This document shows, in pieces, positions 35,525 through 46,300 of a DNA stretch of 64,000 nucleotides. The notes beneath the pieces are model-generated. The model saw only the letters and a program-made list of their open reading frames with translations. It was not told the DNA's origin and searched no databases. The stretch covers positions 826,848 to 890,847 of the forward strand of contig KV454012.1 of NCBI GenBank assembly GCA_001661245.1. Reading direction: 5' to 3'. Position numbers and translations under genes: made by a program. This stretch comes from Pachysolen tannophilus NRRL Y-2460 (taxonomy: Eukaryota). How positions within the stretch are numbered: the stretch's first letter is position 1; each line of letters opens with the position of its first letter.

Positions 35525-36786
35525 AAATAAAAAAAATAAAAAAAAAAAAACAAAATACAAAAAAAAAATTGAAATGCTCTCATATATTTTCAAAGATTCA
35601 TTTCCTCAGTTATTTCCACGTTTTTTTATTGGCATCAATTCATTTATTTACTTGCAAGAAAAAGAATATATATATTATTATTTATCATACATTTTTTTTT
35701 ACTTTATGCTTCAAGATGCAAATACCCCACTTCGGCTTAATTGCATTTTGATTCAATTTCTTTTTTTCCATCCATTTTCTTCTTATTTTTTTTTCTTTTT
35801 TTGTTTTTTGGTTAGCAAATCTTTCTTTTTTTTGATTTTGTCATTTAGGTACATGTTCTCACCAAAGAAAGTGAATCTTCAAAAGATGAAGCAAATGATA
35901 TTTGAAAGAAATAATATAATGCATAATGAAATGGAAAATTTATCTTTTAATGTAATACGTACGTAGCTTTAAAATTTTCGCTAACGCAAAAAAATTATTT
36001 TATATACATGATCTTAACTTTAAAAGAGGAATGAACGATGAGGGATATGAACTATGAACTATGAACTAAATCTCTTTGAATTACAATATCTCTCATGGTT
36101 TGTAAATAAGGACAATATGTATGATAATAATTCTATATATAAATAACAACAAACATTGTAAAAAAGACTGGAAGACAAGAAGAGAAAAATTTAACATATT
36201 CAACATATAATAATTCATATAATAAATAAATAAATAGCATAACTAGCATAACAAATAAATAAAATCATTCATGTAAAGAAGTGAAACAAAAAAAAAAACA
36301 ATTAAGAAACAAGATTATTAGTTTTTTTTTATCAAGTTTTTCTGTTTTCTTTCTTTTTTTTTGGGTTTTTTTTTTTTTTTTTTGTTTTTGTTTTTCTTGA
36401 TTGTTGTTTATATATATGTATTACCATCATATTGTTTCTTTTAACTTTAAAGATCCCAAAAAATTTCCATTTCAAAAACAAGTTTAAGCCGAAAAGCAAA
36501 AGAAAAAAAGAAAAAAAAAAATAAAAACAGAAGATGGTAATGTTCTTTCTTTTTTCTTTTTTTTTTTCCTATAGTTTTTTTGCTAAAACTAAAATTTAAA
36601 TAACTGTAAAACAGAAGAAAAGCACACACATATTTTTATAAATAATACCTTTGAAGAAGAGCAAACGAAAAATTAAGCTGGAAGACATAAGAGCAAAAAA
36701 AAAAGACATTTTATAAGATAAAACTAAAATCCGAGAAATGCGAAATGAGAAATGCGCGAAATGCAAATTAATGACAAGAAAAATCT

Positions 36787-37980
36787 TCAAGTTTCGCCAT
36801 GTTTAAAACAACATCTTCTTCCATATCTACATTCTCCGAATTTTGTCCAATTTGCACAAGCTTTTGTCTTCCAGTTACGAGGTCTCTTGACTTGTTTCAA
36901 TTCCTGTTCACCATGAGCAAATTGACATTTAGAACCGTAGGGACATGCACCTCTTTTCATATATTGCAAGCACAACTCTGTCTTGTACAACTCAGGGTTT
37001 TGTGTTATGGAACCACCAGAATTATCCTTTGATTCGAGTGATGAAGCAGTAGAATTATTTCTGTTAGAATTTTCTTCAACGGATTTATCACCAGTAGATA
37101 ACAATAAAAGGTTTTCTTCAGTTAACTGTTGTTGGTTAATAATAGCTTGCTGCGAAAACTGTTGTTGAGAAAATTGTTGTTGCGCTATAGCACTATCTGC
37201 GTTGACGCTGTTATTCAAATTAACATTCACATTAGGATTGGTATTATCATTAAGCAAATAGTTTTGATGCTGCTGCTGCTGTTGCTGCTGCTGGTACAAT
37301 TGTGTGTGGGAACCAGAAGAATGTAATGGGCTTGCAGGTGAAACACCACCACTACCACTACCATTTGCACTACAACTACCACTTGCACTGCCAGTGGCAT
37401 TGATTGTATTCTGCTGTTGAATTCTCAGCAACTGCTCCTGTTGCTGCTGGAGCTGTTGCTGTAATAAAAACTGTTGCTGGATTAAAAGCTGCTGCTGTTC
37501 CAAAGTCAACCCAACAGGTTGAGGCAGCTGAGTCTGCATTTGCGGCTGGAGTAAGTTTCCTGACGAAAGAGAAGATAAACCACCGGAAGATAAACCACCA
37601 GAAGAGGAAACACCGCCTGTGGCATTAAACGTTAGTGGCGACGATGAAGAGTATTGCTGATGCTGAGGTTGCTGATGCTGGTGCTGATGATGTTGCTGAA
37701 CCTTGTCATCTCCCCATAAATTTGGTATTAGTCTTGTCATGTCCATATTGTTCTGCGAGCTCAAACTACCATTCAAAGTTGTAGATGTAGAAATTCCCGA
37801 GGAACAATGAGATAACGGAACCGAAGAAACCAATTTGAAAATATCCTCTGAATTCGCCATCATCGACGACAGAGTTTGCGATTCATGGTCATGGTCATGG
37901 TCATGACCATGACCATGAGCAAAATTCGGTAGCTTTGATAACGTAGCTGTAGCTATAGGATCGTTATTATAATAATTCAT
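36787..37980 (-). CDS. TIS11: tandem CCCH zinc-finger ARE-binding protein (Tis11/Cth1/Cth2 family)
   Basis: LYKTELC-x8-C-x5-C-x3-H and WKTKAC-x8-C-x5-C-x3-H at the C-terminus; Q-rich middle. Confidence 0.92.
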   Translation of the reverse strand: MNYYNNDPIATATLSKLPNFAHGHGHDHDHDHESQTLSSMMANSEDIFKLVSSVPLSHCSSGISTSTTLNGSLSSQNNMDMTRLIPNLWGDDKVQQHHQHQHQQPQHQQYSSSSPLTFNATGGVSSSGGLSSGGLSSLSSGNLLQPQMQTQLPQPVGLTLEQQQLLIQQQFLLQQQLQQQQEQLLRIQQQNTINATGSASGSCSANGSGSGGVSPASPLHSSGSHTQLYQQQQQQQQHQNYLLNDNTNPNVNVNLNNSVNADSAIAQQQFSQQQFSQQAIINQQQLTEENLLLLSTGDKSVEENSNRNNSTASSLESKDNSGGSITQNPELYKTELCLQYMKRGACPYGSKCQFAHGEQELKQVKRPRNWKTKACANWTKFGECRYGRRCCFKHGET

Positions 37981-38058
37981 CTTTCCTATTTCACAATACT
38001 GAATAAATATAATAAATAAAAAAAAAAATAAAAATTTAAAATTTTTTAAATTTTTTAA

Positions 38059-38423
38059 NNNNNNNNNNNNNNNNNNNNNNNNNNNNNNNNNNNNNNNNNN
38101 NNNNNNNNNNNNNNNNNNNNNNNNNNNNNNNNNNNNNNNNNNNNNNNNNNNNNNNNNNNNNNNNNNNNNNNNNNNNNNNNNNNNNNNNNNNNNNNNNNNN
38201 NNNNNNNNNNNNNNNNNNNNNNNNNNNNNNNNNNNNNNNNNNNNNNNNNNNNNNNNNNNNNNNNNNNNNNNNNNNNNNNNNNNNNNNNNNNNNNNNNNNN
38301 NNNNNNNNNNNNNNNNNNNNNNNNNNNNNNNNNNNNNNNNNNNNNNNNNNNNNNNNNNNNNNNNNNNNNNNNNNNNNNNNNNNNNNNNNNNNNNNNNNNN
38401 NNNNNNNNNNNNNNNNNNNNNNN
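38059..38423. other. assembly gap
   Basis: Run of N; the two flanks are near-duplicates of each other. Confidence 0.99.
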
Positions 38424-38852
38424 AATAATAATAATATAATAAATAAAAAAAAAATAAAAATTTTAAAATTTTTAATTATTAAAAGTAAAAAAAAAAAAAT
38501 AAAAATAAAATAATTAAAAGAGAGAAAGAGAGATTAAAGATTATATATATGATTGATTAACCTCTCCTATAATAAATAAATAAAAAACTTGCAGCTCCAG
38601 TCTTTTTCTATCCAATATCTATTTTCTCATCAAAACTCTTTTGCTTAATATATAAATAATAATACTATATAATAATTTTGTCTTGTTTTTTTTTTCTAAT
38701 TTTTTTTATTTTCTGAGAGAAACAGAGTAAAAAAAAAATTTACCGGATGAATTATTGATTTAAGAGAGGTTTTTTCTTCTTTTCTTCTGGAAAAACCGTT
38801 TGGTCATGTGACCGAATTTTTCATTTTTGGTGGAAACGAAAAAAAAAAGTCT

Positions 38853-38862
38853 GTCACGTGAC
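38853..38862. promoter_or_regulatory. palindromic Cbf1/bHLH E-box
   Basis: GTCACGTGAC, with the variant GGTCATGTGACC at 38802-38813, upstream of TIS11. Confidence 0.55.
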
Positions 38863-40383
38863 CCGGTTTCTGTATGTAAGAAGAGAGGTTAAGATATCGG
38901 AAATAAAGAAAACATAAAAAAAAAAAAAAGAAAGAATTGAGTGAGGTAATATGAATGAATGAGTAGGAAAGAAAAATTTTTTTTTTTTTTTTTGTAATAT
39001 ACGTTCGTTATAGGAAGGAGGAGTAGATCTATGTATGTATCGATTGAGTGTCATCTGCTGATCTCTTTGAAATGTGATATTTATTTCAATTGATGAGTTG
39101 GGTTGGGATGGGATGGGGGGTTTCCAAATCCGAATGAATGTTTCCCGGGTAAGAAGTTTTAACATATACATAAGACTACTTACGGATTTTTTATATGCTA
39201 TTTTAGTTTTGAGCTCGGGGTATTTGCAGATAGCGGTGGTAAAAAAAAATGTAAGCCACAGGTTATAGTGAAATCTGTTATATGAGGAAGGTACCCCGCT
39301 CGGATCAAAAAGAGAAAAGAGAGAAAAAAATTTTTTTTTAATTATTATTATTATTTTGTGCACCCTGCACCAGCCTGGAAACGAGTGTGCTGTGTAACAG
39401 AAACACCCTGCACACATCCTACACACACATTGCACCACTTCTTTTTCTTTTTTTTTCCCTTCGTAAACATCGTATAAGATAAAATAATGTCAAAAAAAAA
39501 AAGAAAAAGATACGATATACGATTCTGAGTTATCGTAGTTAGCGCCATTACCGATATAATCACAAATAAAAGTATCTGGATTAAACTGGATTCTGTCAGT
39601 TGATCAATTTAATAGATGCGCAATTAAAATTTTCTAGAGGTGTTGTGCCTTTCAACAAGATAACGGAAATGACAATTAGAATCGTAGATAGTTGATAATA
39701 TAATTTTCAATTTTTAAAAAACAATTTTAAAAATAATCACAACAACAAGGATAAATAAAAAATTTTTTATTTATTCATTTTTTTTTTTTGTTCGTTCCTC
39801 ATCGGATATGATTGCAATAATGAAAATAAGAAAATCTACAATTTTTTTTTATTATTACTTTTAACCTCTATACAAACTATTGATGGATCAACATTACAGC
39901 CTCAGAGTAAACTTTTTAAACACCGCTATCAGAAGGTGGTGAAAAAGTCGCGGTGTAATCCACAGCGCCCACATGAAAAGTGAGTATTTCTATCTTTTTT
40001 TTCAAAAAGATAGAAACAAACTGTAACGGATGACTTAACTGTAACCTATCATCATTGACTGTTATAGTTGATAAGGAAAAAAAAAAAAAGAAAAAAAAAG
40101 AAAAAAGGAAAAAAGGAAAAATAAAATGAATAAATTTTGAAAAAAGAATCTAAATTAAAAAACTTGGTCGTGAAACAAAACACAAAGAATTTATTAAAAA
40201 AAGAAAATTTTTCAGTTTTCGTTTACACGACCAAATTAATTTTTTTTGATTTTTTTTTTTTTTTCCTTTGTTTGTTGAAGGTTTTTTTTCTCTCTCTTCT
40301 TTTTTTTTTCTTTTTGTATGTAAGTAATTGAACAAGAGAGATAAATCTATTTATTTGAACATTTGCAGTTGTTTATAGGAAAC

Positions 40384-43300
40384 ATGTGGCTAGATGTGCA
40401 GTCCATGACCTGGGACAAGTTGTCCTTGGATTTGGAAAAGCTAATGGCGAATTCTTTGTTGAGTGTGAGAATTCCCACATTGAAAAAATTAAAGTCATTC
40501 ATTTCACAAGGTTATATTAAACAAGATTCTGATTTAAATGAGATTTCAATTCAATTATTGAAAACTTTTTATTATTATCAAGATCAAGCTTCAAGGCGCT
40601 TGGTAATTGAGATCTTTGATCTGATCTTGGATAAAAATTTCAAATTTTTGGTTGAATATATACAATTTATTTCAAGACTTGTACTAGAAAATAAATCATT
40701 GGCGGTTAAAGATTATTTAACTTTATTAGAATGGTGTAATCATTTTTTAATTGCTTTAAATTCAACAGAAAAATTTTTTTTAATACAAAAAATAGATTCT
40801 GATTTTTTTTCAAAATTGGTTCATTCTCAAACTTTTTTACTTGATTCATGTCTACAATATGGTATTGGTTTAGAAAATGTGGTAACAGATTCTAAGAAGC
40901 CACCATATCAAATACCTACAACAAATACAACAACAACAACAACGACAACACTGGGGAATTTTAATTCACCAAAATTACATAGAAAACGTGTTTATGAAAG
41001 TGCATTGTCTCAAACAAAACTTGCAATTGCCAAATTTTTGAATTCAAATTCAACTTCATCATCTACTACTTTACTTGAACAATATTTAGAAAATATCTTG
41101 ACACAAAGTGGAACATCTAATACTTCCATATTAACTATGATTGGAATACTTTCATCAGCTATTGTTGATTTGATTCCTCAAAATCCAAGATTATATGATA
41201 CCTTCTCTTCGGAGCTGATTGTTGATAAAGTGGTTACTTTTTTTTGTCAAAAGATCTTAATGGATAAGATTCCACCACAACAATATAGTCTTGTTGCATT
41301 CCAAGATTTTACTGGATTTTTCATAAATCAAGAAATTTTTGGCATCAAAATTTTACCATCTTTAGAAAAATCAATTTTAAGATCACCAGAATTATCATTA
41401 GGACATATAACTAAAAATTTTTTTGATTCATTACCACCAATAATTGACCTTTCACAGTATTTGGACAATGGTAAATTACTTTCACAGTTGCTTTCTTCAT
41501 TTAAATCTTCAAGTGAATTGATAAGGCGTGGAGCATTGACAACCATGGAATCAATATTAACAAAACATTGTAACGAAGCAACACCTGAAATTTTAATAAA
41601 AATATCCGATCAAGTTTTCAATTCATTAAAATCAGTTACTTCCAATGATCAGAGACAACTTTTTGCCAAGACATTAGAATTTATTAATTCTAAAGATGAA
41701 AAAGTAACATTAAGAATATTAAATGGATTGGTATCATTTGTCACAAAAGATCAAAATGAGACATCTTTAAGGAAATATGTGGATACTTTTATTCATAAAT
41801 ATTATATTTGCTTGTATAATGAATGGCTGACAAAAGGTTCAACTATAGATATCGATTTCCTCAAGGTTATCAAAAATGGTTTATCTGATAAAAAATGGAA
41901 TTTTAGAAAAGCTTGGTTTATTGCCATTGCCTACTTCTTATTGAATTTTGATTCAGATCAATTTAATTCAAAATTTGTTGAGTTTTTTGAATCTATTTTC
42001 CCATTATTGCTGAAAACTTTGGACGAAATCATAACAGCACCAATTGCGACAACATTGGCCAATAAGAGTATCGAATGTGCATATGTAGTTGTGTTTTTAT
42101 CTAATTTTGTTCAAAATTGGCCTAATAATTCAGAATTGAAGAAGATCATTGAAAATGAGCAAATCTTTGCTAAACTGTTAAAGAATTCAGACGACACAAA
42201 GCCATCTATTATTCTTAATCATCGTATATATTCTAAATTGACCACTTTAGAAGAACAGACATGGTTTTTGAGAGCCATCTACTCTCTATTGAGTAATGTG
42301 AAAGAAAATCAATTGGATTACGGAAATTCTTGGTTATACTTGACTTTATCTCAAAAGATTCCAAATCCTTTACGTAGAGAGGCGATCAAGTATTTGGAAG
42401 AATGTTATTTGACAAGGCAAGAATTGTTTGGTGATTTGATGATCACTTCATTAACTACCAAGTTGAATACTGAAATTGAAGAAGGAGAGGATGACTTAAA
42501 CTTAATTCCTCGTCATATTCCAAGTGTTTTATCAGGTATCACTCAATCAGCTCTAACGGATAAGAAAATCTTATCAAAACACGTATCTGACTTGTTACTA
42601 CTTGCCCACCACGAAAAAATTCCTATTAAAAATGGTTGGGTTGGCCTAGCACTCAGATCAAGGCTAGATCCGGGTGAAATTGTTGACAATTATACTGATA
42701 AAATAATTTCAAATCTTTGCAACGTATTGCTTGATGAAAATTTTTCTAAACTGTTCCATAAAGCAGCAGCTGAAGCCATTACTACAGTTGTATTCATCTT
42801 ACCAAATAAAGTTTCACCAATATTGAAAAATATCATTTCTGATGATTTAAAGACTTCGCGTGTTGAAAATTATATTGATGAAACAAACTTGAAAATTTGG
42901 AAAGCTAAGGATGGTGAATTGGTGGTAGATGTTTTAAGCAAAGCAACTTCAAAACCTAAATATGCAGATAAAAATTCAAAAGATTATGAAACAAGAAAAT
43001 GGGAAGAAAGTATTAGGAATGAAATTGCAAATAAGAAAAATCTCCTGAACTCTAATGGAAGTATTAAAAAAAAATTATCAAAAGAAGAGCAAATTTTAGT
43101 CAATGAACAATTGTTGAAAGAATATGAAATTAGATCCAAAATCCAAGAAAACTACATCCATCTTAGACGTGGGATTGAAATTTGTAGAAGTTTGGCTTCT
43201 ATCAATGTTGACAGCGGTTCTCAGCACTGGTTTCCAATTGCTGTTAGCAGTCTTTTAACTATTTCGCAAAAACCTCAGACATCACTATTATTGGGGAGCT

Positions 43301-46300
43301 CTGTTAATGATGCATTTTTAGCATTATCTAACGTTATATCTCCAAGATTAGGATTAAATAAATTATTCCTAGGCTTAGCAACTTTGCGTATTAATGGCGT
43401 AACTAATTTGCAAGAATATTATTTGGAAGAACCATTGTTAGACTTAATTTCAAGGGTTTTATATAGAGTTAAGTTTTTGTCCGATCAGCGTCCATTAGAT
43501 TCAATGTCTTTGATTTACATTTTACCCTTGTTAATTCGGGTCTTGGAAATAGGTAAAGAGATTTCTATTAAAAACTCACAAAAGCAAATAACTAAAGCGG
43601 AGTTTGTTGAGGAAGAGAAAGAGGAAGAACAATTATACTTGTCTTTAGAAATTATATCTACACATAATGAAGTTTTCCAAGATGAATCGATTCCTCGTAA
43701 AGCCATATTAGACGTGCTATTATCCCTAATGGCATTGGCTTCGAAAGCCAAAATTGCAAAAGAATGTTTCAAATCCATATGTCAAGTTATATCCATTAAC
43801 CCATCAAAGTCAGATTTATCAATTATTATTGATGGTTGTATTAATCATGATCTGTTTGTGAGAAATTCCGTGTTGGAGGTTCTTGATACCGAATTCGACT
43901 TGTCTGCAGAAATGACTTATTCTAATGAATTATGGATTGCGTGCCACGATAATAACGAAAACAATGCTTCAATTGCATTGACAATTTGGAAAGAAAGCAA
44001 TTTCAAATTGGATGAAACTTCAACTACCCAGCTAATTCAATATTTAGGCAGTAAAGATAGCGGCTTACGTTTGTCTGTTGCGAAAGCAATTTCCGAAGCA
44101 ACAAAATTGATAGGCACTGTTTTTGACAAGACTTTAGATGCATTGTTAGAATACTACAGATTTTATGAAAAACCAGAACCTCCAAAGCTTGATGAATTTG
44201 GTTTAGTTATCCAGTCATCAATTTCAGATCAAAAAGATCGTTGGGAAGAACGTAGTGGTGTTGCATTATCGTTGAAGTTCCTTTCCCCTCTCTTTAAAGA
44301 CACTTCTTCTGTGGTAAAAGTATTTGAGTTTCTTATAGTTGAAAAAGCCCTCGGCGATAAAGAACCTATCGTACGTCAAGAATTACAAGAGGCTGGTATT
44401 GAAGTTATCAACTTAAACGGTTTCAAAAATATTGAGTCTTTGGTTCCTATTTTTGAAGCATGTCTCAGTGAAAAGGACGTAGGTAGTAAGGTGCAGGATA
44501 ATATTAGAGAAAGTGTCATCATTCTTTACGGTGCATTAGCACGTCATTTGGATTCCTCTGATCCTAGACTAACTAAAATTATCGATCGTTTAATTAAAAC
44601 TCTCGATACGCCATCTGAAGATGTTCAGTTTGCTGTTTCAGAATGCATCTCGCCATTGGTTGAACTGATTGAGTCGAAGCTAAGTTATTATTTCGAAAGT
44701 CTTTTTAAAAAACTATTTGAAGGAAAAAATTTGGCTCAAAGAAGAGGCGCTGCCTATGGTATCGCTGGTTTAGTGAAAGGTATGGGGATCAAGGCGTTGG
44801 CAAATAATGATATCATTCGTATTCTAGTTGATGCTGCAGAGGATAAAAAAGATCCAAAGAAAAGAGAAGGTGTTTCATTTGCGTTTGAATGTTTATCTCA
44901 AAGTTTAGGAAAATTTTTTGAGCCATATGTCATTGAGATTTTACCTATTATTTTGAAACAACTAGGTGATATGAGCCCTGAAGTTCGAGATGCGACAGAT
45001 TATGCTACAAGAGTTATCATGAAAAACACTACATCTTATGGTGTGAAAAAGTTAATTCCACTTGCCATTGAAAATTTAGATGAAATTGCTTGGAGATCAA
45101 AGAAAGGTTCTGTGGAACTATTGGGTTCTATGGCCTACCTTGACCCAACACAGTTATCTTCATCCTTGTCAACCATTGTTCCTGAAATTGTTGGTGTTTT
45201 AAATGACTCGCATAAGGAAGTACGGAAGGCTGCAGATCAGGCATTGAAACGTTTTGGTGATGTTATTAGGAATCCTGAAATTCAAACTTTAGTCCCAATT
45301 TTAATCAGAGCTATTGGTGATCCTACAAAATACACTGATGAAGCTTTGGATGCATTAATCAAAACTCAATTTGTTCATTACATTGATGGTCCCTCATTAG
45401 CTTTGATTATCCATGTTATTCATCGTGGTATGCATGATAGGTCTGCTTCAACCAAGCGTAAGGCTTGTCAAATTGTTGGTAATATGGCAATTCTCGTTGA
45501 TAGCAAAGATCTCATTCAATACTTACCAAGCTTAATTTCAGAGTTAGAAATTTCTATGGTCGATCCAGTTCCATCTACCAGAGCTACTGCAGCTCGTGCA
45601 CTTGGTTCCTTGGTCGAAAAGTTAGGTGAAGAGCAATTTCCCGATCTTATTCCACGTCTTCTATCAACTTTGCAAGATGAAGATAAATCTGGAGATCGTC
45701 TTGGTTCTGCTCAGGCTCTTTCTGAAGTTATTAGTGGCCTTGGGGTTAGCAAATTGGAGGAAATGTTACCAACCATTATATCTGGAGCATCAAGTACTCG
45801 TGCTTATGTACGGGCCGGTTTTATGCCTTTGTTACTTTTTCTCCCAGTTTGTTTTGGCAGCCAGTTTTCGCCGTATTTGAGTAAGGTTATTCCTGTCATT
45901 CTTGCTGGTTTAGCTGATACGGATGTTGATATTCGTGAGACTTCCCTTAAATCTGCTAGATTGATAGTCAAGAATTACGCAAGAAAAGCTGTTGATTTGT
46001 TATTACCGGAATTAGAAAATGGTCTTTCTGATACAAGTTACCGTATTCGTCTCTCGTCGGTTGAGCTTACAGGTGACTTGTTGTTCCAAGTCACAGGTAT
46101 CAGTGGAAGAAACGAGTTGTCAGAGAACCAACCAGATGCATCTGGTGAGGTCAACAATAATCTCCTTGACGTTCTTGGAAGAGAACGTCGTGACCGTATA
46201 TTGTCCTCTTTATTTGTTTGTCGTCAAGATACTTCTGGATTAGTGCGTAGTGCAACTGTTGATATTTGGAAGGCCCTTGTTGCCAACACACCTCGTACTA

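Noticed and set aside
38001..38480. Direct repeat flanking the second N gap
   Set aside because: Near-identical low-complexity A/T flanks suggest overlapping low-quality contig ends rather than a real duplication.
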